From assembly GCF_006345805.1 (NCBI RefSeq), contig NC_043012.1, forward strand, positions 35,278,001 to 35,342,000: DNA of 64,000 nt. Direction: 5' to 3'. Both the position numbers and the translations under genes were made by a program. This stretch comes from Octopus sinensis (taxonomy: Eukaryota). The notes beneath the pieces were generated by a model. It saw only the letters and a program-made list of their open reading frames with translations, was not told the origin of the DNA and ran no database searches. Shown here piece after piece: positions 39,722-52,284 of this stretch; position 1 is the stretch's first letter; every line of letters starts with the position of its first letter.

Positions 39722-39997
39722 TACATACATACATACATACATACATACATACATACATACATACATACATACATACATACATACATACATACATACATAC
39801 ATACATACATACATACATACATACATACATACATACATACATACATACATACATACATACATACATACATACATGCATACATACATATATATATGTATGC
39901 CAGGTGGTGCTATTAAGTTAGACATGGCCTGGGCCAATACTGGCCAAAGCCTTTCTAAGTTATTCTAAGTTATATATGATGATGATGATGATGATGA

Positions 39998-40051
<54 letters not shown>

Positions 40052-40240
40052 TGTATGAATCATAAGTAGGCTTTGTGCTAATATTTATGTGAAATGTTTT
40101 CCAAGCCTCTCCATTCACCAATCCCTCATAAACTCATTGTTTGTGTTTATTTCTGTCAATGCCTCCTTCTCTGTTTTCACAAACAATAACTCAGTGAACT
40201 CCCATTAAATTTCTGCATATATGTGTGTGTTGTGTGTATG

Positions 40241-40278
<38 letters not shown>

Positions 40279-40541
40279 ATATATGTGTGTGTGTGTCTGT
40301 GTTTGTCCCCCAACATCGCTTGACAACCGATGCTGGTGTGTTCATGTCCCCGTAACCTAGCGGTTCGGCAAGAGAGACCGATAGAATAAGTACTAGGCTC
40401 ACAAAGAATAAGTCCTGGGGTCAATTTGCTTGACTAAAGGTGGTGCTCCAACAAGGCCGCAGTCAAATGATTGAAACAAGTAAAAGAGAGAGAGTAAAAA
40501 GAGTATATGTATATATTTATATATTTATATACATACACACA

Positions 40542-40572
<31 letters not shown>

Positions 40573-40663
40573 CACACACACATATACGTATATACAGGCT
40601 GTGCAGGCTAAATTTGTTAATGTTTTATGTCTCCTTTTCTTAGGAAAAACTTGATGTATTGGT

Positions 40664-40697
<34 letters not shown>

Positions 40698-41174
40698 TGA
40701 TGAACGTGTATATGTATGTGTGTAGGGGTGGGGTTGGGAGGTGAGGTGTCAGTGTCATTCCTTTGTCATATTTTGCAGAAACGTTTGACCAGAAGGAAAT
40801 ACCACCTTGTGCGGAAAGAGGGTGGGGTTTAGAAAAGGGGTGCATCCGTAGGGAATCTGTCCCAAACGTCCTGCATCTGATCCCTGCAAGCACGGAACTG
40901 TGGACATCAAATTCTGATGCAGTTGCTACTGCTGCTGCTGCTGCTGCTGATGATGATGTATATGTACCTCTGCAGGGTGGTTGGTGTCAGGAAGGGCATC
41001 CAGTCATAAAAACCATGTCGAAGCAGACACAGAAGTCTGGTGCCAAACTCCTGCCTGGTCAGCTCCTGTCAAACCGTCCAACCCATGCCAGCATGGAAAA
41101 CGAACATTAAATGATGATCATGATGACAATTCTGAAGATTATATATATACGATTCCACTAGCATATGTGTATTT

Positions 41175-41210
<36 letters not shown>

Positions 41211-41575
41211 AATATAGGATAAAATTTTTCGAAAAAAATTCTATCAATGGCCAGCATATTAAAAAGTACCTTTAAAGGTTAAATTTATAAACAACTTATA
41301 AACAAGAGCAAAAGAAAAAAATTCTAATTTCTATTTTGTCTATTTTCGGCATATTGGCATTAGAATTTTTTCTTTTGCCCTTGTTTATAAGTTGTTTATA
41401 TATATATATTATATATATATATATATTATATATATATATATATAACAGTTTAGCTAGGTGTAAAATACACCTAAGGGACATCAAATATCAAAGAATTTAC
41501 TGGTTTATATTACCTATATCAATAACAATGTTATTTCAATAGGTAAATAAAATAAACATACAGTTTATTAATATA

Positions 41576-41990
41576 TAAATATAAATCAGAAATGGAAAAA
41601 CAAAAAAAATTGAACAATTATAAATTCAATTAAATTTAAATATTTTATATAAACAAATTACACATCTCTTAAATTACAGCAGTTTCCGCTTCATTAGTAA
41701 AATGAAGTTCTTCAAGTATAATCAAATCCATTTAATTATGTAATGATGCTTCATCAGATTAACAGTTTAAATATTTTTTCGTCAAATAGTTAAGAAGGTA
41801 TGTTAATCTGATGAAGCATCATTACATATTTAAATGGATTTGATTATTCTTGAAGAACTTCATTTTACTAAGGAAGCGGAAACTGCTGTAATTTAAGAGA
41901 TGTGTCATTTGTTTGTATAAAATATTTAAATTGAATTGAATTTATAATTGTTCAATATTTTATTTTGTTTTTCCATTCCTGACTTATATT

Positions 41991-41992
<2 letters not shown>
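41576..41992. repeat. long fold-back inverted repeat (~190-bp arms, 36-nt spacer)
   Basis: 41576-41764 is the reverse complement of 41801-41992 with scattered mismatches. Confidence 0.9.
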
Positions 41993-42027
<35 letters not shown>

Positions 42028-42177
42028 AGTAAGCACATAAATGTTAAACAAAGTGGGGATAAAATAGTACTCGAATACTGGAGGTAGAGTAATATGCTTT
42101 GTTATTAAAGTTGCAAAAAACTGCTACTCATAGTTTCATGTTCCCTTTTGTTGGATAGTTCAGCAGTTCAGAATCAC

Positions 42178-42219
42178 AACTGTCTGATGAACAGGAACAT
42201 GAAACTCCGAGTATCAGTT
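42178..42219 (+). ncRNA. decayed type I hammerhead motif (same family as 52209)
   Basis: AACUGU CUGAUGA ACA ggaa CAU GAAA CUCCGAG UA UCAGUU. The core is canonical. Helix II ACA/CAU is what ACG/CGU would become after CpG decay. Confidence 0.55.
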
Positions 42220-42439
42220 TTCTGTGATATGTTTGTGATGCTTTTGAAGATTTATTAATAAAGTATATATATAATTAGCAATGAAATGCAGGTGGCTGAC
42301 CAGATGGATTCTTAGAACTTTTAGAAAGAGAGATCAGGAAACCACGGTGGTCCCCTTGCCCTAAGCTGCTTTGACTATTGCTCCAAGCTATGGTCATGAA
42401 TAAGTGTATAATTAATTGCAGAACTTGAGTCAATCCAAC

Positions 42440-42971
42440 GAAGCTACATGAAGAAGATGTCTCTATGCAGCATATAAGCTACTGGGAAAGACTCAAGAGA
42501 TTGAGACTCTATTCCCTGGAGCATAGGTAGGAAAAATATGCCATAATATACATCTGGAAGATCCTGGAGAAACTTGTCCCAAACTTTGGCATCGAGAGTT
42601 ACACTAATGCTAGAAGAGGGTGCCATTCCATACTGCCAAAGACTCCAACTTTGTCATCAAGATATAGGATAAGATATTGCAACAGCCTGGGTTTTAAAGG
42701 CCCACAGCTCTTCAGTATCTTCCCAAAGGACCTGAGAAACCTACATGAGGTGGATGTGTCTTCAAAACGAAACTAGACCTCTTCCTGTCAAGTGTTCCAG
42801 ATGAACCAACTTCACAGTGGGAAGTGCAGGTGAAGGCAGCAGCATCAAACTCCCTCATACACAGAATGTCAATTTCTAAAAAGAATTTAGCAAAGTAAAA
42901 TTATGTAACAACACCAAATGGTGTTGCCCCAGCATGGCCACAGCTCATGAGCCAAAACTAAATCAAATCAA

Positions 42972-42975
<4 letters not shown>
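42440..42975 (+). mobile_element. CR1/L2-like LINE 3' fragment
   Basis: Translates as SYWERLKRL.LYSLEHR*EKYAIIYIWKILEKLVPN...FKGPQLF..FPKDLRN...FKTKLDLFLSSVPDEP...SNSL and ends in an (aaatc)n tail. Confidence 0.7.
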
Positions 42976-43015
<40 letters not shown>

Positions 43016-43652
43016 AGGTATGATGAGTAAATTATTGCCATTTTATTTTTTCAGTTTTGCATACATGAATTGTTGGTTTTTATCTCATCCCCCTCTGACT
43101 TTTTCTTCATGCAACTGAAAAAAAAAATGCATTATTTATGGGATGACCCAATGTATTGTAATCGTTGTAGTTCCACATGAGTGTTAAACCTGGATTCGGC
43201 CTTAAAAATCTAATCCTTGGGTCTAGGCTATCTGTCTGATGGCAATCTGGGGATTATTTCTTTTATCAGATAATGCTTGAATATCCACGAAAACAGGTGG
43301 AGTTTTTAGAATTCTAAGAAATGAGAATGGAGAGAATAAATCCTTTTTATTTCCTTGATTTAGAATTATCTCTTTGAAAATCGATCCCATGAGTATAATT
43401 GCGTCATATATATATATATATATACATGTGTATGTGCGTGAGTGTGTGTGTCTATGTGTGCATGTGTGTATAAATACATATGATTCCATTAACATGTGTG
43501 TTTCATCATACATATTTATATATATATGGTGAAATACACAAATGTTAATGGAATCATGTATATATATATATACACATACATGATTCCATTAACATATGTA
43601 TATTTCAGCATACACACACGCAAGCACCTATATGAGATCACTGATATATATA

Positions 43653-45163
43653 CAGGGTGCGCCAGTTTTTTTAGGTCATTTGTGTGAATTTAGGAAAAAA
43701 ACAAAACAAAAAATGCACAGCTCATGAAAGAAAAACTGTATTTGGAAACAAATTTGGTACAAATGATTTTGAGAAATCCTTTTATGCCACTTATTCAAAG
43801 AATGCCCTGTTAGCAACAATGGCTGCTTCGATAAGGGGTTAGAAGCACTGATTATGCCTGAATCACATGATCTTTATCAATTTGGGGTGTAATTAGTGGT
43901 TATGGTAGACTCGAGACATTGTGTGGTGTTGTGGGGATGTTAATTGACCTCTCTCTTGTCTACGTCTCATACATAACCGTCCAGTGGACGTCAAGTGTCA
44001 GGTAGAACATTATCATGGAGATTGACACACATCCATGCTTGGGTTGTCCTCGCCTTTTGAGACTGTGCAGAACCTTGTTAGAAGACATACCATCTCCTGT
44101 TGTGCCCTCTGTCTGCCCAGCACTTTGTAACTTTCTCCAACACCTCTGTACAGACAGTGGCATAGATTCTTAAGCCCTGTGAAAAAAATGTTTCCTTCTC
44201 GGGCCATGCCAGACTCATGAAGACTGACTTCCTGGTTTCAGTGGCGTATGTATTCCCCTCTTGGACGGGATGTTGGCACTAGCATAGCTAGAGTGTGTGT
44301 CAGCTGGGGCAGCCCTTCCGTTTGCTGCCCCCCTCATTCCACAAAAAAATACATATTGCCTCCAGCAGACCCAAAAGTGCTGCCCAGGGTGGACCCCACC
44401 GCTACGCTGGTGGATGTCGGTCCATTGCAGGATTAACTCCTTTTTGTCAGCTGAGTGGACTGGAGCAACGTGAAATGAAGTGTCTTGCTCAAGAACACAA
44501 CAGGTCACCTGGTCCAGGAATCGAAACCACAATCTTACGATCATGAGTCCAGCACCCTAACCACTAAGCCACATGCTTCTACATAGACTCTTAAACCCTG
44601 TGAAGGAAAAAAAAAAATGAGGACGTATGATATCTCCCTTGTTGCTGATGACCACCAGAGCTACTACAGATGCTGAGAACTTAGCTTGCATGACTGGTGG
44701 ACCCTCATTCGGGTCGTTGCATAAACATCTGTCATTCCTTTGATTCACATTCAATGTTTTAACTTGAGCTTTGCATGGATCGAACAATTCTCTCTCGTCT
44801 TATCTAACATAAACTGACCCCTCTGCATCACATCCAACTTTTACTGGATGTCCTCGTGCACAACACTTCTGATGTGGCATTCTGAAACTCCGAGGCCCTT
44901 TGAATTGGTCCACATTTAGTTGCTGATGTTGGACTCTCCATCAGCATATTGCAACTCCTTTCAAAATTTGGCAACGAAGGATCAGGCAGCTTTCAGGAAG
45001 CGAGTTGTCTCTGTATCACTGTGCTGATGGTTACAGTGTGTCTTTTCATTTGGTGGCTCAACCCAAGACCTGACATTATCCGACTGAAAAAGTAAGGTAA
45101 AAACAAATAAGATGTAAGTTAGGGCTCTTGAAAGAGGTGCCCTCAAAAAACTGACACACCCTA
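43653..45163 (-). mobile_element. Tc1/mariner-superfamily transposon, decayed, with both TIRs
   Basis: TA|CAGGGTGCGCCAGTTTTT ... AAAAACTGACACACCCTA|TA. The interior resembles the reverse complement of the 19017 element (caaatgaaaagacac vs gaaatgaagaggcat). Confidence 0.75.
44190..44581 (-). mobile_element. tRNA-derived SINE nested in the Tc1/mariner element, with a ~23-bp TSD
   Basis: Head at about 44505-44578(-) reads GTGGCTTAGTGGTTAGGG...GGTTTCGATTCCTGG. Flanking direct repeats are catagattcttaagccctgtgaa (44161) and catagactcttaaaccctgtgaa (44582). Confidence 0.7.
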
Positions 45164-45339
45164 TATTTTATTTCATTGTTTCTACACTCCACCACATCTA
45201 TCTATCTGTCTGTCTGTCTGTCTGTCCGTCCGTCCGTCCGTCCGTCCGTCCGTCCGTCCGTCCGTCCATCCGTCCATCCGTCCGTCCATCCGTCCGTCTG
45301 TCTATCTATTTATCTATCTATCTATATATATATGTGTAT

Positions 45340-45498
45340 AAGTGCAGGAGTGGCTGTGTGGTAAGAAACTTGCTTCCCAACCACATGGTTCCAGGCTCAG
45401 TCCCACTGCATGGCACCTTTGGCAAGTGTCTTCTAACATAGCTTCTGGCCAACCAAAGCCTTGTGAGTAAATTTGGTAGATGGAAACTGAAAAGAAAC

Positions 45499-45536
<38 letters not shown>

Positions 45537-45750
45537 TATATGCTTGTGTGTCTGTGTTTGTCCCACCACCATTGCTCGGCAATCCATGTTGGTGTGTTTA
45601 CCTCCCCGTAACTTAGCGGTTCGGCAAAAGAGACCGATAGAATAAGTACTAGGCTTACAAAGAATAAATCCTGGAGTTGATTTGTTCGACTGAAGGCGGT
45701 GCTCCAGCATGGCCACAGTCAAATGACTGAAACAAGTAAATGAGTAAAAG
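45340..45750 (+). mobile_element. SINE family B (tRNA-like head, ccttgggcaagt core, internal microsatellite, LINE-like tail)
   Basis: Most complete copy. Head pieces recur at about 8570-8710(-), 20818-20965, 22385-22495, 39308-39450 and 47422-47585(-). Tail pieces recur at about 22500-22705, 24160-24290(-) and 40295-40490. Confidence 0.8.
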
Positions 45751-47584
45751 AATATAATCTGATAGTTAGCCATTGATCTGTAAATATTTGTGGTCTCTAC
45801 ATTGATAATGTTTTCTCATTGAGACCTACTGAATAGTTGCAAAGAAAGAATCCAAACATCCAGTCTTCAGTTATACTTCTTTTCTGATAATTTGTTTTTG
45901 AAAAATCACCAATTTACTTCCATTTACCAATGGCGGAATCTTTTTTCTTTTCTGGATTCTTTCGAACCACTGACCACCACCCAGCATTGGATTGGAAATC
46001 ACTCTTGTTTTTGTTTTGCCAGGCCAAACTGGAGCAAACAGTGTTAGTTGTCTTTCATAATAAAATGACTGCCCTGTTGTTATAAACTGAACATAAAGCC
46101 ATGGGGTCGGTAGTTCATGACCCGAACCTCACTGCCACGGTACCAGGGGCTATGATTACATACATAATATTTTCTAAGAGGAACTAAAGGAATCTGCCAA
46201 TAGATGGGATTTAAATTCAGGACATAAAAGAGCCAAAACAAAACACCAAAAGGCATTTTATCTGATGCAGCATCAATTCTACCAATTTACTACTTTGTTG
46301 ACAATGACGATGATGACGACGACGACGACCCTTTCTGTTATAGTCACAAGACTTGAAACTTTGGAGGAGGAGCTGTTTGATTACATGAACCCCAGAACTC
46401 TACTGGTATGTTTCTCATCGTCCCCCAAAAAGATGAAAGATAAAGTTGACCATGGCGAAATTTTAACATTGGTCATAAAGATGGAATACCACAAGGTATT
46501 TTGTCCAGCATGCTAATGATTCTGACAGCTTATTATTATTATTATTATGGTTTCAAATTTTAGCACAAGGCCAGCAGGTTTGATGTGGTGGGGAGCTAAG
46601 TCGATTACATCGATCCCAGTGCTCAACTGGTACTTATTTTTTTGACTCCGAAAGGATGAATTTGAACTCAGGATATAAAGGTGGATGAAATGCTGTTAAG
46701 CATTTTTTCTGACATGCTAACGATTCTACCTGCTTACCACCATTCTAATAATAATAATAACAATAATAATGGTTTCAAATTTTGATCCAAAGCCAGCCAA
46801 TCCGGTGGGAAGGGAATGAGTCGATGACCTAGACCCCTAGGGCTCAACTGGGACTCATTTTATCAATGTCTGGGAAATTGTCACTAGTGCGCTTAGCTTT
46901 ATGACAACTAAGATTAAACTAACCAAAACCGTCATAGATGTCCCAACCACGACCATCACATCTTTTTGTATTTATTCAGGTCACTATTGTTCCAAACATC
47001 TATTTTTATTAAATCCATTCATATTAATCAGGATAGTGTAATTTGAGGTGAAATTTAACTGTTCTTTCTAACAAGTTAACACCTAAATGTCAAATCCCCA
47101 CACAAGCTCTCAGTGTTCAAGACAAGACATTTTGGGACACAGGTGAGAGGAGTGTAAAGGTCAGTGACCCCCAAGGCTGGAGCCAGTCTAACATAGTCAA
47201 CACACATCCTTGACCTTCACAATGACCTTCTAAGGTTAAAAGGTTGTGATAAATGAATACTGTTAATTGTGACTTGGATTATTTTAATACAGATGTTGAT
47301 GGTCGGAACATTGAGAGCGAAGGTGGAAAGAGGCAGTAAAGTTTGAGCATTCTAGCGTCACTTGCCATATCTGTACACACACACAGAGGCATGTAGGATG
47401 TGATATATATATATATATATATGATGGGCTTCTTTCAGTTTCCATCTACCAAATCCACTCACAAGTCTTTGGTCAGCCTGAGGCTATTGTAGAAGACGCT
47501 TGCCCAAGAAGCCACACAGTGGGACTGAACCTGGAACCATGTGCTTTTGAAGCAAGTTTTTTACCACACAGCTATGCCTGCACC

Positions 47585-47628
<44 letters not shown>

Positions 47629-48035
47629 GAACCATTAATCCCTACACAGTTTTTTTGTTCTCTCTATTTTTTCCTTCTCAATCCTTTCTGTTGAAGAGGT
47701 TCAAAATGTCCAAGACTTTTCCATTCTTCCTGAGCGTCAAACTAATACACCTGCTTGTTGTTCTCTCACCTGTCTTCATCCTTCATAGGCACAATTTTCA
47801 AAAGAGTTCCTAATAGTTTCATACTTTAAGATACATTAAATTGGCAGATTTAGGTAACGTGCCATGTCTCTCCAAGCAACCTTTCAGGTCCAGATCATAA
47901 TTTAATGTACCTCTAAAGCATGAAACTATTAATAGCTCTTTTGTAATTATGTATATTAAATAATATTTGTCTATCACTCGATGGAATACATTTTTTTGTT
48001 GATTCTACCTGTAATGGAGCTCTAAACTATATATA

Positions 48036-48902
48036 CAGGGTGCAATGGGTAAATTGTCGCCATTTTATATTTTCTATTTTGCACATGTACCTTGTTTTTG
48101 ATTTTGTTGACTACACAGAGTAGGGTCAGTTGGGCACCATCTGTGAGAAAAAAAAGCTCCATAATGCAATTCACTCTGCCAGAAATTTGGAAACAACATG
48201 CTGTACTGCTTGGCATTCATGCTGGAAGCTCCAATATGAACATTTCCGTGTTTGAGTGTCAATTTTAGGACAGTACAATCTGAGGACATGTACCGAGACT
48301 GAAAATAATCAAACATCATGGTGTTTGGGGTGATCAATAGTGATGGTAACCTTATACTTCCATTCATCTTCCCACATGGCCTCATACTCAACATGGAGGC
48401 CTACATGAAGTGCGTGGAGGAGGTAGTGCTGCCCTGGATCAAGAGGGTGGCTGCTGGAAGACCTCATATCTGGTAACAGGACTCTGCACCATACCTCACA
48501 AGGAGAACCCAGTCATGGCTGTCAGACAATTTCTGCGACCACATCACCCCTAACATCTGGTTACTTAACTCCCCCGACTGCAACCTCCTTGATTATTATG
48601 TGTGGGGCACAGTTGAGCGAGGGACCAACAAAACTCCTTGTAACACCAAAGATGAACTGAAGGCAAGGATTATGGCAGCATTCACCAACTTAAACAAGGA
48701 TACTGTCCAGAAGAGTTGCAGGAGATTCTGAAATCATCTGGAGGCCATGGTTGAAGCTAATGGCGATTTCATTGAATAAATTTGGTCTTTAGTATTTCAA
48801 GATATTTTTATGTAATTTTGGTAACTATATCTGTTAAAATGAGATGTCAGCATTATTTTCATTTTAGCATAATTTAGATGACAGCTTATTCATCACACCC
48901 TG
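48036..48902 (+). mobile_element. internally deleted Tc1/mariner (DD37D/maT-like) element
   Basis: TA|CAGGGTG...CACCCTG termini. The frame at about 48320-48780 reads VFGVINSDG...PFIFPHGL...W*QDSAP...TQSWLSDNF...W..NSPDCNLLDYYVWG...ELKARI...GDFIE*, with 36 residues between the last two Asp in this copy. Confidence 0.85.
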
Positions 48903-48946
48903 TGTATATATGTGTGTGTGCATGCATGTGTGTATATGGTTTGTAC

Positions 48947-48993
48947 CTGAAGAATATGTTTGAGAAATTTCTCAACATATGAAACTATCAGTA
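48947..48993 (+). ncRNA. hammerhead-like core lacking helix I
   Basis: CUGAAGA AUAUGUUuGAGA aauu UCUCAACAUAU GAAA CUaucAG UA. The core, an 11-bp helix II and helix III are present, but the flanks do not pair. Confidence 0.45.
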
Positions 48994-51102
48994 TCACTTA
49001 ACGACATGCGTTGTGTTCTTTAAATAAATATTTATCTCAAACCAGATGGAATACTTTTTTTGTTGAATATTCTATCATTGAATAGTACATTATATATATA
49101 TATATATAAGTGTACCGATATAGATTTTGAGTTGAAACCCAATTCCTGTAAAAGTACTAATTTATCGTATTGATCTATTGATACATTTATTCTGTCTAAA
49201 GGATGGTATAATTCTTTAGAATGGTGGTTTTCAACTGGGGCCCAAATAAGATTTTGTTAAAATTCATGTGCAATAATTTTGATATACTTCTTCAGTACAC
49301 AAAATATTTTAGTTTTTGTTTTTATACGATCTGTAATAATATAAAAAAAATATAAAAGGACTATTGTAAACATTGAACAGCTGGGGGGCGGGGGGCGGTT
49401 TAGTAGAGTAAAATGGAGATCAAAGAGGTCTAGAATTAATGCAAAACAACAAAATAAATATATTTATGACAGTTTCTACAACCACATGGCTCCAGGTTTA
49501 ATTTCATTGCATGGTGTGGTATCTTCTACCATAGAGCTGGACAGACCAATGCCGTGTGATTGAATTGTAAACTTGATTTTAACGTGCTCTTCCACACTAG
49601 TACGAGTCAGACAGAATTCACTGCGGCAGATTTTCTACAGCTGGATGCTCTTCCTGTTGCCAGCCCTCACCTATTTCAAAAGTTGATATTTCCCCTATTC
49701 TCTGAAGAATACAATGGTTCCAAGTGGTTTCCTTTAATAAAATGAGATCAAAATTTGGTTCCAAAAGTCATTCATTGTTGAGCTCTCTCATTGGTCATTT
49801 GCTCTTTTACCCCACTTCCACCAATTTTCCTTCAACTGGTCATCTGTTGCTGATAACTTTACCCAACTGGTCACTTGTTATCGAGTCCCTCCTCCCCCAG
49901 ACTTCAGGTGCCAGGCTTGATTCTTGCAACACTAATTTCCCTGGGATGGAAGTTTAGAGATGAGACTAGACCAGCAGTCCTCAACTGCAGCTCCCAGGGC
50001 TGCATGTGGCCCCTCAAGCAACTTTCCAGCAGTTCTCCCTCTAGAGATATACATTTCTCTTGAACCCCTTAAGCATTTAAACTGGTCATATCTGGCCCCA
50101 AATAGTCTTCCTGTTTTATATCCAACCAGACCAGATCTGACCTCTGACATTTATTCTACAATGTAATTCTTAACATAAACAATCACATCAAAATCTCAAA
50201 GTTACAAGATAATCTAGGATTAATTCAAAACAATGTGAATGAATAAGGATTACATTTGACAGAATAATCCAAATACTAAAAGGTTGACTTGGGCTTTAAT
50301 TTTTTTTGGTGCAGCCCATTCCAAAAATAGAAAATCCAGGTTTTGGGATCTAAAGGTGTAGAAACACTGGACTTGGCCCCTTACAGTCTTGTAATTTCAT
50401 TGATGATGCTGACCCCTACCCTCTAGAGTAGGAGGAAGGCTATGGTATCCCTTTAAGAGCCGGGTAACAAGATACCATACTGAGACAAAAGGTGTCCGGG
50501 CACTCACTCCAGAGCCATGATACCAGTTTCAGAGTAGTTCAATGAAAGGTAGAATACCCAGGATTGCTTTCAGAATTCCTCAAGCATTTAATCACAATAT
50601 GAAATAAACAAACATCATAACAACAACAACAACAACAAGATTATTTCAAAATAATTTATTCTGATTTTTATATTTTTAATCTTTTAATATTTTTTTGGGG
50701 AGTCTTTTGTGTTTTTCTTTTTTTTTGGAAAATAGTTTATGTTTTTTTTTGTCTTTTTACATTTTATCTGTACAAGAATGTCCATAAACATGTATACAAT
50801 GGTGTGTGTATACAGTGGTGTGTGTATGTGTGTGTGTGTGTGTATACAGTTGGAGTGGAGGAGGATGTATACACAGGTTAAACTGTTGATATCACAAAAA
50901 AAGTGTGGAGGGGAGAGTGTGGGGCTGGGGGGTAAATAAATTTGCTACAGGGTTTTGCTTTGCAATTCTAAAACCTGCAGTGAGACACAGATGTCTGAGA
51001 GAATAACAATAATGAGTACTGATACTGGCGGCCCAACTGGGCCACACGTTTTGGGAGTGAGGGGCAGGAAAGAATTGATTAACAAAATAACAAAGAAAAG
51101 AA

Positions 51103-51208
<106 letters not shown>

Positions 51209-52135
51209 CTCCGATACCTGACTGGTACTTCCTTTCATTGACCTCAGAAGGATGAAGAGTAAAGTTGACCTGTCAGATTTGGACTTGAAACATAAAAAGG
51301 GACAAGATAATAGGAAAAGAAATAGGGGACAGTCCCTAAAAGTTAAAAAGAAAAGCATTTCCACACACACATACACACGCGTCACACAATCAGCTGAGTT
51401 ATTTAGCTCAATGGAGAAATATTTTACAATCTCAAAGAATATCATAGGGCCAGCTTTTGGCCCTCAAAATAGCAATTTAGCCCTCCTTTTATTTTAACCA
51501 ATACTGAGAGTCTGGTGGCATTAGCCCAGCAAGAGATGAGGGCAGCACCAGCTCAATGAGAAGTGGTACCAGAACCGGTTCAGTGAATGAGAGATGAGGG
51601 GTGGCACCGGCTCTGTGTTCAATTTTCATTTACAAACTTCCCCCCCCCCCACCACAAAATTCTCTCATGAAACACAAAATAATGTAGATTCTGCTAACGT
51701 TTGCACTTATGTACACCAGAGTGCAAAGCATGTAAATTGTGTGTGAGTGTGGGTGGCAGAGCTGATTAATAGGAATATAAGTTATGAGAACTGAAAAATA
51801 AACAAAAAAAATAAAGTAATTTAGAAGACAAAAAAAAGTCAGTGGAGGTCAGTTATTGGAGTGGACGGGGTTAAATGATGTGGGAGGAGTGGGGGGGGGT
51901 GATTAATTATATCCAGAAGTAATTTCATGAACAGAAAAGGTAAAAAAAAATCTAAAATGTAACGTGAATAAAAGTGAGGATTGCTGAGAGATTTTAGAGA
52001 AGGACTTGTGCAGCAGCAAGGGATGCCCGTGATTGTGTATAGATGTAGATTTGTGTGTGTGTATATATATACTGGAGTAAACACAAATGTGAAACAAGGT
52101 GGAAAAAAGAGTACTCAAATACCAGTGGTAGAGTA

Positions 52136-52284
52136 ATATACTTTATTTAAAGCAGCAGAAAATTCAACAAAACCTGTTTGAGTTTCACGTTTCCATTCGT
52201 CGGAAAGACTGTCCGACGAACGGAAACGTGAAACTCAGAGTAACAGGTTTTGTTGAATTTTCTGCTGCTCTAAATAAAGTATAT
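52136..52284. repeat. fold-back inverted repeat (~70-bp arms) containing a hammerhead
   Basis: 52136-52204 pairs with 52212-52284. Confidence 0.9.
52209..52246 (+). ncRNA. compact type I hammerhead ribozyme motif (U4C core variant)
   Basis: CUGU CCGACGA ACG gaaa CGU GAAA CUCaGAG UA ACAG. Helix I is CUGU/ACAG, helix II is capped by a GNRA loop, helix III is ACUC/GAGU, and the triplet is GUA (predicted cleavage after 52242). Confidence 0.7.

Noticed and set aside
47684-47715. cuuu CUGUUGA agagguuc AAAAUGUC caag
   Set aside because: Resembles a decayed relative of the 32591 motif, but both core boxes are mutated.
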